Position numbers and translations under genes: made by a program. From positions 280,457 to 344,456 of the forward strand of contig RQSC01000523.1 in the NCBI GenBank assembly GCA_013416795.1: a stretch of 64,000 nt of DNA. The letters run 5' to 3'. This document shows, one piece after another, positions 22,643-34,601 of the stretch (position 1 is its first letter; every line of letters begins with the position of its first letter). Source of the stretch: Prasinococcaceae sp. CCMP 1430 (taxonomy: Eukaryota; Plantae; Prasinodermophyta). Under the pieces are notes generated by a model that was not told the origin of the DNA, ran no database searches, and saw only the letters and a list, made by a program, of their open reading frames with translations.

Positions 22643-25163
22643 ATGCGAGATGTGGGTCATGGTGGAGGAGAGCAAGATGAGGCGCCACCGGCCGCGCCTT
22701 CCCCTGCGCGCGCCCCGCGTGCTCGCGTGGCCGCCGCGTTGGCGGTCGCGGCAATCGGAGCGACAGCAGCAGGCGTGGCGCTCGCCGCCGCGCCGCCGGC
22801 TGCCGCGACCGCCAGCGCCACGACCGCGCGCGCGCTGAAGGGCAGCGCGCACGCAGATGCGGTCGCGCCGCCGTCGGCGGCTGCTGCCACGCAGGGCAAG
22901 GGCACGGAGGGCGGAAGGCGAAATGAGGTGGCCGTTCGCGACAGCCTCCCTGACCGCGCGATGTATCTGTGTCAGCGCGTGCTCATGCTGCCGCTCGGGG
23001 GCAAGCTCTTCTGGCTGCTCATGGCGTCTTCGCTGCTTGTGTTGGTCGGCGCAGGCGCGTACTGGGCGGCGATGCAACCTGCCGATCGGTCCTTCGGCGA
23101 TGCGGCATGGGCTGCGTACGCGATGGTGTGGAACGCACCTGGCAGTAGCTCGATGCCCGGCGACAGCCCGGGTCTCGCGGCCAGCGTGGTGGCCAACGTC
23201 ATCTTCGGCGTCGGCTTGTTCACCTTCGCAGTGCTGCTTGGCATAGTGTGTGATGAAGTGGCAGACAAGGTTGCAGAGGTGCGCGAGGGAAAATTTCGCG
23301 TTATAGAGAGCGGGCATACGGTGGTGGTGAACTTCAATGAGGCAGTTGGGCCTGCGCTGCAGCAGATGGACTTCACTGAGAAGGAGGATCCCAACGCCTT
23401 CGGCTTTAAGAAGGTGATCATTCTGGCGGACAAAGACAAGTCTGAGATGGACAACATCGTCGCAGACCTCGACCTGGAACACATCCAGGTGCTCACGCGG
23501 CGTGGCAGCCCCGCGTCGCAGGCGGACCTGTACTCGTGCTCGGTGGAGCGCGCAAGAAACATCATCCTCTTTCACCAGCACGGTATGAGCTCGATCGACG
23601 AGCCCATGGTGAAGCTTCAGCTGGAGGCAGACAAAGCCGCCACGCTCCTGCAACTGCGGCAGCTTCGCGCACGTGCTGGGCATCCACTGGATGATGGCGC
23701 GGATTCGCCGACCATCGTCGTGCAGTCGATAGAGGCCGAGCCCGCCGAGGGCCACAACAAGATGTGCGCTCTCACCGAGGCGCCTTTCAGCGCGGTAGCG
23801 GGGCGGCGTACTGTGGCGCAGATTTTAGCCGAGGCTTCGCTCGAGGATTCAGTAGCCTGCGTGTACGACGAGCTACTGAACTCCGGGGAGGGCAGCAACT
23901 CGATTCTCGTGGTGGACGCGCCCGCGCGCCTTGTCGGTGGGTCGCTCGCGCAGGCCCAGGCAGAAATGCCGCATGCAATTATCTTGGGGTTGATGCGCAC
24001 CGAGGAGGAGGTAACGCTTGCACCGCACCCGGGAGCGACGACTATTGCACCGGGCAACAAGCTTGCGGTGATCGCGCAATCCAAGCGCGCTGCCGTCTCG
24101 CAAGGCGCGCCGCGGCCGACTGCGCCTGCGGAGCCGCCGCGTGTGCGCAGCCGTGGACGCTCACCCGCACGCCCCGCGGATAGGCCGCAGCGGGTCCTGA
24201 TATGTGGGTGGGACGCCCTCATGAGTGTGACCGTCGAGGACATGCGCGTGCGCGCCCCTGCAGGGAGCGAGATCACGCTCATCACGGATGAGAAACCTGC
24301 GGGCTTCAGCACCGGCACTCGCAACCGCATCACAACCAAGTTCGCGGGTGGAATGCCACATGCATTCGAAGACATTTCGCGCGCCCTCGACCGCGGCGTC
24401 GATACAATTGTGTTGTTGCCAGACATGGTGGCGTCGTCCGACGACATGGAGGACTCTCTCTATCTTGCGACCATGCTCTGCATCAAGCGCTACTACAAGT
24501 CGAATCCGCAAAGGCCTCTGCCGCGCGTCATCGGCGTGGCGAACAACGAAAACATCAAAGAAATCTCTCAGGTACGTAAGCGCCAGCGGTCAGCGCGCCT
24601 CTCGGCCCGTACAAAGCAGCGCTGACTGGACTGGACTGGCCGGCGCCGCGTGCCTCAACACCTGCTCCAAATAGGAGCTCTACGAAGAAATGGGTGGCAC
24701 GCGTACGGAGATGCTCGTACCTAGCGTTGCTGTAGGCAACTTGATCGCACAGGTACGTGCGCCGAGCGCACACCACGCTTAGCGCAGCAGTACCTTCAGT
24801 GCACTGACCAGTTGCGCACACGCGCCGCCGCCTGGACACGCGCCGAATGTCTGCGACGCACAGACTGCCCGCACGGGCCTACTCGACGAAGTATATGAGG
24901 CCTTCATGGAGCTCTCCGCGTCCACGGGCGCGCCAGCACTGCAGAGCTGGCCGGTGACGCGCCTGATCTCGGAGGAGCAGCTCCAAAAGGGCGGTCCGAG
25001 CTTTTGGGAGCTGATGGACGCTGCGGAGAGCGAGGGCCTCATCGCCGTGGGATACGTGCGCGACGGTGAGAATGCCGTGCACACCAATCCCATCGACAAG
25101 GCGAAGGAGCTGGCCCTCGGCGCCGCGGACTCGGTCGTCGTGCTCTCGTGCAGCCAGCGCTAG
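22643..25163 (+). CDS. CASTOR/POLLUX-like cation channel with RCK domains; exons 22643-24571, 24675-24752, 24864-25163
   Basis: TM segments, GVGLFTFAVLLGIVCDEV...VREGKFRVIESGHTVVVN, TRRGSP...DL...VERARNII, RVLICGW; phase-0 introns. Confidence 0.8.
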
Positions 25164-25464
25164 CTCTAGCGCGCTTGCCCACACCAACAGATTGTATTAC
25201 CGAGTCTCAGCGCACTGCAGCGCTGCAGCTGTCACCGCTGTCCTTGTCGCCAGAGTTGCCGCTCCCATCAATGGGACCCAGTATTGGCTCATCACCCGTG
25301 AGGAGTTTGTGCATCGCCGCAGCGTCCCTGCGTGCACCGCGGCGCGGGCGGCGCCATCACCATGGTAGCGCAGATGTCAGCGACGACTTCGCGCTATGGC
25401 ATGCAGACATTGGCGCACAGCGACCACATGCACGCGCGTGCCCACCCCTGCTCCCGCGCGCGAC

Positions 25465-26059
25465 CTACCATGTCTTTCTCATCCCTGGCGCGAGCATAAA
25501 CTCGCGTTCTGTGCCGTCCTCGTCCTCATCGACGCGAATGCGCACGAGGCCGCCACGAGCCAGTGCGTCGCGCAGCTGCTCCTTGCTAGCTCCTGCGAAG
25601 GGCGGTCGCACGTGCTCGCTCAGCGCGCAAACCTCCTGACGCGAGCCCCAAAAGTCGAGAACCGAGAAGCGCATGACGGGCGCGTGCTTGTGCTGCGACA
25701 CCTCGCCTGCGTAACGCCTCTGGAAGTAGAGCAGGCAGGCCGTGGCCGCGCCGCTGCCGCCGACGATGCCCACGCACGCGCCGAGCTCCGCAGCGCTCAA
25801 CGAGCCGCCGTAGCACACGAGGGGCGCCAGCGCACCCACGCCGGCAAGCTGCAAGACCTTGGTGCGCACGAGTGCTCGCGCGAGGCGCATCCCAACCGGT
25901 CTGTAGATGACCTTCCACTGCGAGCGGTCGGTGCGCGGGTCGGGCTCGGCGCCTGCTTCGCCACTGCCGTCGTCGGCTGCCGCGCTGCCGCGCGCGGTGC
26001 GGCGCGCCGCCGCGGGGAACGGAACGACGCATTCAATCGAGTGTGCGGAAAAGGACATG
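25465..26059 (-). CDS. TMEM186-like mitochondrial membrane protein (both ends uncertain)
   Basis: WKVIYR..GMRLARALVRTKVLQ, two TM helices, YFQRRYAGE...SVLDFWGSRQ. Confidence 0.6.
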
Positions 26060-26480
26060 AATTTTTGGACATGCGGGCGGTCCACGGGGCCGGGGGGGGT
26101 GCATGGATGGCGCCCGCTCGCGCCCTCTCGTGCTGCATCCGCCGAGATGATCTGTGAGGCGCGCCGCGGACGACTGGCGGTGCGCGATCGGGGAACGCGA
26201 GCGAGGGCCGCCTGCAGAGGGGGGAGGGGGGGGGGAAGGTGCCTGGAAGAGCAGGGAGATGAGGGTGGACGGATGAGGGCAGGGACCGCAGAGAGGCGCG
26301 GAGATCCCTCAGAGCCTCCACGGGACGAGACGTGGTGGGGGAGAGGGGCACAAGGCTGGAGGTGCGCAGGGTGCGGACACAGCGCCGCGGCCGAGCGGCG
26401 CACCGAGCGGCGCACCGGCGGGCAGGCGTGGACCCCCGCGCTCTGCGGACGGGCGCGGCGCCGACGGGGGCGCACGCGCC

Positions 26481-27959
26481 ATGCTGACCACCACTTGGGG
26501 GCGTGGCCGCGGCCGAGCGGCCACGCGAGCAGCCCGCGCGGCGACCGTGGCGATTGTCTTCGCCGTGGCGGCGTTTGCCTCGACGGGCGCGCGGGCGGCC
26601 GCCAAAGGTCTGCAGGGAGCGGGCAATGGCCGCATGGGTGCGTCAAGCGGCGGAGCCAAGATCAAGCGCTCCTCTGGTATGAAGAGGAGTGGCGCGAAGG
26701 TCGACCTCAGCGGCCTGGGCGGAAACGGTGGACTCGACCTCGGTGCCCTGCTCTCCGGAGGCGCCGCCACGGCCGGCGGAAGCAGCAGCCGTGGCGGCTC
26801 CGGGAGCAGCGGTGGTTTGCGTCCCCACTCGGGCGGCCGCGCCGGCCGAGGCAGCCGCTCCGGCGGCCGCACCTGTGCCATCGAGTGCCCGCTCGGCAAG
26901 GCGCTCGAGGTGAACGCGGGATACGAGCCGTACGCCAACGGCTGTGGCCTGGATGGCATGCCTATTGACCTCACCGGCGGGCGCTTCGACTTCACCCCCT
27001 GTTGCGACAAGCACGACTACTGCTACCAGGAGTGCGGCGCCACGCAGAAGGGCTGCGACGCAACCTTCGGCGAGTGCCTGCGCAAGCTGTGCAAGGACGA
27101 GTACGGCGGCGACGAGGAGTGCACGAAGCTCACGAAAACGTACGAGATGGGGGTGGGGATGTTCGGCTGCGGGCCCTTCAAGGACTCGCAAAGAAGGGCG
27201 TGCAAGTGCCCCGAGCTTTCGCCCGCGGAGAGGACCACGTACGCTGCGCAGCTGCGTGCGGAGGCGGGACCATCGGCGGTGCCGCGCGGCAAGTACTGCG
27301 GCAGCAAGAGCCTGCTGGTGGTGAACGTCGGCCTAGAGGCCGAGGTTGACGCGGAGGCGAAGACCTTCCATCTCAAGGCGTGGAACGAGGAGGTGCGCAG
27401 TGCAGCGACTCGCGCTCTCGCTCGCGTGCTCGCCCCACGCCCGCGCTCGCCCCACGCCTACGCCCGCCGCGGCTCCTGACCAGCGCATCGTTGTGGCGCC
27501 TGCGCAGGACGGCACGCACTTCTTCGGCGAGGATGGCTGCGGTCCCATTCCCTTCGAGGCGCACACCGATGACCAAGTGATCGCTGGCATGGACCCGCGC
27601 GGCTTCTCGGTCGCCAAGCCATACCCGCCTTGCTACGACCAGTTCTTTGGCGAGGGCGGTCTTGCGGCCGGCGTGAGCATCTCTGTTAGGTCGGCAGGGT
27701 GAGTGGAACCAGCGCGCGAGCGCCCACGCGATGGGCCCTCGCGCGGCGCACACTCCGTCGCGCCGTCGCCAGGAGCGAGCCCCCGCGCTGACGTGCCGCC
27801 ACGCGCAATGCCTCGCCGGCCTCGCGCGCTCACAGCCCCTCGCACGACCTCGTCAGCAGGCTCGAGATCCACGCCGAGAAAGTGCCCCTCATCAGCCAGC
27901 TCGACGTGCGCATCGGGCGCTGCCAGGGCAGCGAGGGCGCGGGGAGGATTGAGCTCTGA
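26481..27959 (+). CDS. Group XII-like secreted phospholipase A2 with C-terminal extension; exons 26481-27392, 27508-27698, 27860-27959
   Basis: Signal peptide; NGCG...FTPCCDKHDYCYQECG..QKGCD..FGECL..LC; GCGPFKDSQRRACKC; spliced C-terminus ends RIEL*. Confidence 0.8.
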
Positions 27960-28547
27960 GCGCCGCCGCCGCCTCAGCTGCCACGCTAGTAGACACGCTC
28001 GCCTGCAAACATGATTCTTCCATTGCGCGTATCCGAATGTGCACGCCTTGCATGGCGCTGCCGTGGCGCGCGACGCGGGCACGCCGCCGGTGTGGCGGCG
28101 AGGCGGGCGCGACGCAGGCGTCCGCGAGAGCGCGGCGCGCGGTGGCGCAGGAGATGTGGGCGTGGGTGCTAAGAGAAGGATGGTTTTAAGATATCGTGTA
28201 AACAATGCTGTAGACAAACAAAACCGTACCCGATATGTGTGTGACTCAACACTGCCTCGACAGGAGCGACGACACTACTACGCGACCAATGGGCAACGCG
28301 CCGGTATACCCGAGCGCGTGCGTTCCTAGTAGTACTAATCTCCGCCCCCGCGCGCGTGGTCGTCGGAGACGCGCGGCGCAGTGCAGTGCAGCACACGAGC
28401 GGCGGCGGCGCACGGTACGAACGTGCGGCCTCCCGGCGCCCGTGGCGCTCCGCATCATGCGGCCGGCGCTCCGGCGGCTTCCGCGCGCGTGCGCGCGCAG
28501 GGAGCGCTGCGCAGCCTCGAGCGAGTGTTTCGCGCGGCGTCCGCCGC

Positions 28548-30107
28548 TTAGTAGCCCTCGGCTGAGATCTCCTCGGAGATGGCCGCGGTCTCGTCGAGCA
28601 CGAAGGCGAGGTCCTCCACCGTGGCGTCGGGGTTCGTGAACACCATGCGCCAGAAGTTGGGCAGGCCCTGCCTCGGCTGGTAGTTGACGAGCACGTTGCC
28701 GCGGGACATCATGCGCTGCTTGACCACGGCGGTCAGCTTGTGTGTCGCCTCGGCCGACATGTCGAACTGCGGCTTGTACCAGTAGCACACGTTGCACAGG
28801 CCGGGCTCGACGAACATCTCGAAACCGGGACGCGCCTTCAGCATCTCGACGAAGGCGTCCCGGTTGCTAAGACACCGGTCGACGCGGGCCTCGAGCCCCT
28901 CGAGGCCGATGGTCTTCCACACGAGCCACAGCTTGATGATGTCCGGGCGGCGGCCGCACTGGAGCGACTTCTCGCCGGTGTCGTACATGGCCGCGTCGTA
29001 CTCCTGCTCGTGGTAGAGGTACGAGCAGTCGTCCTTGAGCGCGATGCCGGTCTTGAGGATCTCGCGGTCCTGCACGAGCAGCACGGAGCACGACTGCGGC
29101 ATGCCCGAGAGCTTGTGGAAGTTCCACGTGAGCGAGTCGGCGTCGGCGACGCCGTCGAGGGTATTCCGGTGCTTGCGCGAGAAGAGCAGCGAGGAGCCCC
29201 ACGCGCCGTCCACGTGGAACCAGCAGCCGTACTTCTTCGCCACCGCGCCCACGGCCTTGATGTCGTCCACCGCGCCGAAGACGGTCGAGCCGGCCGTCGC
29301 GTTGACGAAGAAGGGCACGGCGCCGTCCGCGACCGCCTCCTCGAGCAGGCGCTCGAGCTCCGACACGATCATGACGCCCTGCTTGTTGACGGGCACCTTG
29401 ATGACGTTGCTCGAGCCCAGGCCGAGCATGAGGCCCGCCTTCTCGAAGCAGTAGTGCGACTCGGCCGACGTGAAGGCCACCATGCGCGGCAGCCCGGCGA
29501 GGCCCTTGGACTTGGTCGCGGCCACCTTGTTTGAGCGCGCGAGCAGCATCGCGTGCGTGTTGGACGCCGAGCCGCCCGGGTTGAACATGCCGTCGACGTT
29601 CTCGGAGAAGCCCGCGAGCTTGCCCAGCTGCGAGATGACCTCGCGCTCCATGAGCGTCGACACGGGCGCCATCTCGTACGTGTACATCGAGTGGTTGCAC
29701 GCGGCCGCGATGGCCTCGCCGAGGACGCCGATGGGCTCGGTGCCGCCCATGCCCATCTGGTTGAAGAAGCGCGGGTGGCTCGACTTGATGGAGTACTTGA
29801 AGATGTCGTCCACGATGGGGCCGACGGCGTCGTAGCCGACGCCCTTTTCGGTGAGCTCGATGGACGCGGCGGTGTACAGCTCCTCGGGCAGCTTGAAGTT
29901 GCACACCTTGGCGTTGCGATTCCGCCCGTCGGCGTTGACGTACTTGGCGACCTTGGCGAGGCCGTCGGCGATGGCCTGTGCGCGCGCGCGGTCGCTCGAG
30001 GCGCCCACGCCGGTGTCCTCGGCGGACTTGACGGCGGCGAGCACCTCCGCCTCCTTGCGTGCGGCGGCGGGCATGGCTGCGGCGTCGGTCGTGACGAGGG
30101 GCGCCAT
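28548..30107 (-). CDS. Group II PLP-dependent decarboxylase, animal GAD/CSAD-like
   Basis: HPRFFNQ, YTYEMAPV, DGMFNPGGS, ATAGSTVFGAVD, HVDGAWG, ADSLTWNFHK, DTGEKSLQCGRRPD. Confidence 0.9.
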   Translation of the reverse strand: MAPLVTTDAAAMPAAARKEAEVLAAVKSAEDTGVGASSDRARAQAIADGLAKVAKYVNADGRNRNAKVCNFKLPEELYTAASIELTEKGVGYDAVGPIVDDIFKYSIKSSHPRFFNQMGMGGTEPIGVLGEAIAAACNHSMYTYEMAPVSTLMEREVISQLGKLAGFSENVDGMFNPGGSASNTHAMLLARSNKVAATKSKGLAGLPRMVAFTSAESHYCFEKAGLMLGLGSSNVIKVPVNKQGVMIVSELERLLEEAVADGAVPFFVNATAGSTVFGAVDDIKAVGAVAKKYGCWFHVDGAWGSSLLFSRKHRNTLDGVADADSLTWNFHKLSGMPQSCSVLLVQDREILKTGIALKDDCSYLYHEQEYDAAMYDTGEKSLQCGRRPDIIKLWLVWKTIGLEGLEARVDRCLSNRDAFVEMLKARPGFEMFVEPGLCNVCYWYKPQFDMSAEATHKLTAVVKQRMMSRGNVLVNYQPRQGLPNFWRMVFTNPDATVEDLAFVLDETAAISEEISAEGY

Positions 30108-31458
30108 GGTGTCTCTGTGCGTGTCGTGCGAGTTGGGCTGCTCTGGAATACGCGGAATTAGGCGGCGACCTGGTGCGCTCGCTGGTTGCGTTTGATAGGA
30201 ATAAACGGGACGGAGCGCTGCGAAATGTGCAGCGGGTGGTCTTCGGCCGTGGCGGCGGGGCGGGGCTGGGAGGAGGAGGGGGTTGGAGGGAGGCGGGCGG
30301 CGTGTGCCAGCTGCGTCCGGAGGGGTGTGCTCTTCCGCGCGCGCGAGTCGACGGGCGAGAGAGGTTCCCCTGAAAAGGGAGGGGGGGGGGGAGAGGTGTC
30401 GCGTGCGGTGCTCTGAGCGTGCGCTGTGGCGCGGTCGCGCGGAGCGGCGGCTGTGCTGCGCGCAGACTGAGTAACGTCTGCGGCGGCGGCTGGAGCGGTG
30501 TGGCGCCCACGCGCGCCCGCAGGTGCGTTTTGATGGCGCGTCGTCGTCTTGCGGCGATCGGGCGCGCGCGTCCCGCGAATCGGCGCCCGCCGGCGCCATC
30601 AAACGGCACTGCCGAGCCGTTCATCGAAAGGCGGTAGGAAGCGCGCGCGTTTCGCCAAGGCGACGGCGGGCGGGGTGCAAAAGGCGGGAAGAAAACGCGC
30701 GAGGGAATTTCGCGCGCGCCGGAGGCAAAGAGACGCGGCGAATTTCGGCGCCCCGTTCGTTGCGAAAGGGCCCCTTTCCCCTCCATTTCTCCGTTTCGTA
30801 AGCACCCCTTCCGGGGCGCGCCTCGCGGTTGCGCGTGCCCGGAGCGTCGCGCGTCGCGTTTTCGTTTTTCCGCTCGCGCTCGCGTTTGGCGTCCCGCGGA
30901 TTCGTCGCGCATTTCGCGCGCGCGCGCGCGGGGGCGCGCGGGCGCGGCAGTGGGCGCCCGCGCGGCGCGCGCCGCGCACCCACCCAAAACGCCCGCGAGG
31001 GGCGCCGCGACGCGCGGCGAAACCCAAATCACGTGGGGCGAGGGACCCACGTGGGTCGGGCGCAGCGGAGTGTGCCCGGCGTGGAGCGGACGGAGAAGAG
31101 GCGGGAAGGGACGGGGATGGGTGGCGCGGCGGGCGCTCGGCCGGCCTGTGTGCACAGCTGCAGAGCTGCAGAGGGGGGCGCATCACGGTATCACGGTAGT
31201 AGAGCACCCACACCTACACCCACACCCCCTCTCGCCGCAGGACGGGGGGCGCCGCGCCCACTCCGCCCGCAGCAGGGAGCCGCGGCGCTCGGCGACGCCC
31301 GCCAGGTGGCGCGGGCGGGAGGGGGACGCGCCGAGCGGAGCGGTGCCGCGCGCGCGGTGGGGGTGGGGGTGGGGGGTTAGGGGTGAGGTTTGGGGTAGTG
31401 CGCCAGCAAGGACGCGAAGCACCAGTCTCACGTGGTCGGCTTCCGACTCCGCGGCGCG

Positions 31459-33819
31459 ATGCGGCGCAGGCAAGGGGCCGCAGGCGAGGGCGTGGCATCC
31501 GAGCCGCTGCTGCGCGCGCGCGCGCTGGGCATTGGCCACACGGCGGGCGATGGCGGGCTGCCGCGTAGCGTCGCGTATATCGCGTGCGCGGCTGCCGCGC
31601 TGGCGCTGTGGTGGGCGGCTCGCACGTTCTTCGTGGCATTTGGTGGCGGCGGCCTCGCGGGCGGCTCCGAGGTAGACGCGCGACAGCTGGCGAGGCGCTT
31701 TGCTGGGACGGCCGCAGCCTCGCCGCGCGCAGCGAGCGCTCGTGAGGCGCTCGCGTATGCCGCGGCAGCGCTCGATGGCGACATGGTGCGCGCGCTCGTC
31801 CCCGCCATCGCAGTGGGAGAGGATGTTGACGTGTCGGAGTCGAGCGCGTTCGCGTGCGGCAACACGCCCTTGCATTACGCCTGCGCGACGCTCGACCGCG
31901 GCGCGCGCACGGCGCGAGAGCTGCTCTCGCGCCCGCGCCGCGACCTGCAGCTCCGCGAGGCCGCAGCTGTTGAGCGCGCAATCCGCGGCGGCAGGGAGCT
32001 CTTCCGACCGGGCGCGGACGCCTATTCAATCGGCGGCGCGGTGACACTACTCGAGAGCGCCATGGTGGACATCACGAGGCAGCTCCTTGCAGCAGGTGCC
32101 GATGTTGGTGCGCGCAACGTCGCAGGCCGCACTCCACTGCACGCCGCCGCCGAGGGCGGCGCGCAGGAGCTCTGCAGCGTCCTCCTTGCGGCCGGCGCCC
32201 CGCCGAGCGCAAAAGACGAGCTAGGCAGGACCGCCGCCGACCTCGCAGCAGCGCGTGGCTTCAGTGAGCTGGCGTCCTCGCTGCGGAAGAAAGAGGATGA
32301 TGGTGTAGCAGGGCAGCCTGGGCGTAGCGGTGCCCACGGCGATGGCACCACCGCGTCGACACCGTTGTTGAGCGCCTTGCCGGCAGCGGAGGTGGAGAGG
32401 CTGCGCGCTGCCTCGGCTGCACTCTACGCTGACGGTGGTGGCTGGTCAAGTGAGGAGCTCGCGGGTGGGCTGATTGACGACGTCCTCGAAGTCCTCGGCC
32501 CAAGCAAGTGCGAGCTGTCGCACGTGTACGCTGGGGGCAGCGCCCTCCGCGGGGTCCAGAAGGGCGATGCGCGGGACGCGAGTGGGGCGGTAGAGGCGGA
32601 GGCGGCTGGTGGCGACTCCATCGTCGACGAGCACCTCGTTAGGGGTGAGCCGGCGCTCTTTATTGGTGACCTCATTCGTGCGTCACCGGCACAGGGCATG
32701 ACGGTGGGAGAGCAGGGCGATGGCGACGAGAGCAGCGGCTCTCCGGCCGGCGATATCCCACTGCGTGAAGTGTTGTCTGCGGAGTCGCTGCTGTGGCGGC
32801 AAGGCGGGCGTGTCGTGTCAGTCGGTGCTGTGCCGTACGCGTCGGGCTTCGGTGGCGGCAAGGAAGATGCCATGTCCTTAGGGATCTTCGCGCGCCTGCA
32901 TGTGCTCCACAACGCCACCGTCGACCCGCCGCACAGCGCCGAGACGGCCGCCCGAGCACGCCCCCCTTACGTGTTTGAAACGGTCGCGTGCGAGGGGAGC
33001 GGCATCGCGGACGTCTCGACGGCAGGCATAGGCGTCATGGACGCACTCACGCGCTCAAAAGACCCCTCAATGGCAAGCGGTAGCGGCGACAGTGGCGGAG
33101 ACTCCTGTGCGTGCAGTTCGCTGCAGTGGTCGCTCGGCGGCGCTGGCTCAGGCGCGCAGGTGCATACGCACGGGGCGGCGATGGCAACTCTGGCGTACGG
33201 TCGCAAGCTCTGGCTGTTGACGCCGCCAGCACGCGCGCAGGTGGGCTCGCTCACCGGCGCACAACACGTTTTGCAGGCGGCGTCACAGGAGCTCGCCGCG
33301 CGAGCGCGCGGCGAGCGCCCATCCACTCTGTTCTGTGTGCAGGAGGCGGGCGACTCGCTCCTCGTTCCTGAGCTCTGGGGACACGCAGTGCTCAACCTGC
33401 GAGCGAGCGTCGGCCTGAGCGTCGAAGTGCAGCTGCCACAACGCGCGCGCGCGGCGACGGCGCAGGCGGCGGCGCCTATCACCAATTCGAGCTGCAAGTG
33501 CATGTCGCGGCCCGCATGGGCACCCAGGTGGTGCGCCGACGCGCCGGTGCAGCAGCGCATCGCTGACTGGCAAGGGCGCGTCGCCGCCGCGCAGGCGCTC
33601 ACTGCGCAACTCGGTGAGCGCACCGCGCGACGCGCGGGCATCGACGCTCGCAACGAGGGCGCGTTCCTGCGCGATGTGCTTCGGCGCGAGGAGGCCGCCG
33701 CGCGGAGGGAGGGCGCGGGCGCGCGCGCCGGCCGCGGGTGGGAGCACATGGAAGGGAACATGCACATGCGCCAGCACCTGCGCAGACGCCCCCACGCGAG
33801 CCTCGACGCAGCCGAATAA
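31459..33819 (+). CDS. Membrane-anchored ankyrin-repeat plus JmjC (JMJD8-like) protein
   Basis: N-terminal TM helix; GNTPLHYA and GRTPLHAAA; LGGAGSGAQVHTH...YGRKLWLLTPP...CVQEAGDSLLVPELWGHAVLN. Confidence 0.75.
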   Translation: MRRRQGAAGEGVASEPLLRARALGIGHTAGDGGLPRSVAYIACAAAALALWWAARTFFVAFGGGGLAGGSEVDARQLARRFAGTAAASPRAASAREALAYAAAALDGDMVRALVPAIAVGEDVDVSESSAFACGNTPLHYACATLDRGARTARELLSRPRRDLQLREAAAVERAIRGGRELFRPGADAYSIGGAVTLLESAMVDITRQLLAAGADVGARNVAGRTPLHAAAEGGAQELCSVLLAAGAPPSAKDELGRTAADLAAARGFSELASSLRKKEDDGVAGQPGRSGAHGDGTTASTPLLSALPAAEVERLRAASAALYADGGGWSSEELAGGLIDDVLEVLGPSKCELSHVYAGGSALRGVQKGDARDASGAVEAEAAGGDSIVDEHLVRGEPALFIGDLIRASPAQGMTVGEQGDGDESSGSPAGDIPLREVLSAESLLWRQGGRVVSVGAVPYASGFGGGKEDAMSLGIFARLHVLHNATVDPPHSAETAARARPPYVFETVACEGSGIADVSTAGIGVMDALTRSKDPSMASGSGDSGGDSCACSSLQWSLGGAGSGAQVHTHGAAMATLAYGRKLWLLTPPARAQVGSLTGAQHVLQAASQELAARARGERPSTLFCVQEAGDSLLVPELWGHAVLNLRASVGLSVEVQLPQRARAATAQAAAPITNSSCKCMSRPAWAPRWCADAPVQQRIADWQGRVAAAQALTAQLGERTARRAGIDARNEGAFLRDVLRREEAAARREGAGARAGRGWEHMEGNMHMRQHLRRRPHASLDAAE

Positions 33820-34046
33820 ACGACTGCACACCGAGATGCCAGCAAGTCCACGCGCCGCACCAACGCCATGCGTGCACGCCCCCCCCCCCCCTCCCGCTCT
33901 GCGGTGCGGGACGGCCTGCGCGCGCGCGCGCGCACGGGCGCGCGCGCCGCACCGATCACGGCTTGACACATTATTACAGGGGCGCTGGTGGAAGGGCCGC
34001 GCGTCATCACGTGCACCTCACACAGCGGCTACAGTGTACACAGGCG

Positions 34047-34601
34047 CTAGCCATGCGCGCGCGGGTCGGCGCCGGCGTCCGGTGTGCTCGGCGGCGCGTC
34101 CGCGAGCGTCGCCGCCGCCGTCGCGTCCGCGCCGGCCCCCGGCAGTCGCCTCGAGTAAGGCAGGCTGTCGGCGCCGTCCTTGAGCGCGCGGATGTTGGCC
34201 TTGAAGGCCTCCTCCGGCATGACGCCCACCATACGCGCCTTCTCCGTGTCGTCGGCCGCGAGGAACGAGAAGTGAGGGATGCCGTCGACACCGTACTCGT
34301 CGAGCTCGCCGTACCACTGCGGGTTGTCCACATTAATCATCACAAAGTTCACGTCGCGGTCGTACGCGTCCTCGGCGACCGCGACCGTCGGCGCCATCTC
34401 GCGGCACTCGGCGCACCAGTCCGCGTAGAACTCGAGCAGCGACGGGCGGCCGTTGGCGAGCGCGGTGTCGAACGGCACCGCGCGCGCTTCGAGCGTGGCC
34501 AGCGTCGCCGCGGGATGATCCCCGACGCCGAGCTTCGTCGCCGCGAACAGCGCCACGCCCGCCGCAACGCTCGCCCCCGCCAGCGCCACGTGTGTGCGCA
34601 T
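34047..34601 (-). CDS. HCF164: Thylakoid thioredoxin-like protein HCF164
   Basis: TM helix, ALANGRPSLLEFYADWCAECREMAP, VNFVMINVDNPQW..ELDEYGVDGIPHF; transit peptide not seen. Confidence 0.85.
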   Translation of the reverse strand: MRTHVALAGASVAAGVALFAATKLGVGDHPAATLATLEARAVPFDTALANGRPSLLEFYADWCAECREMAPTVAVAEDAYDRDVNFVMINVDNPQWYGELDEYGVDGIPHFSFLAADDTEKARMVGVMPEEAFKANIRALKDGADSLPYSRRLPGAGADATAAATLADAPPSTPDAGADPRAHG

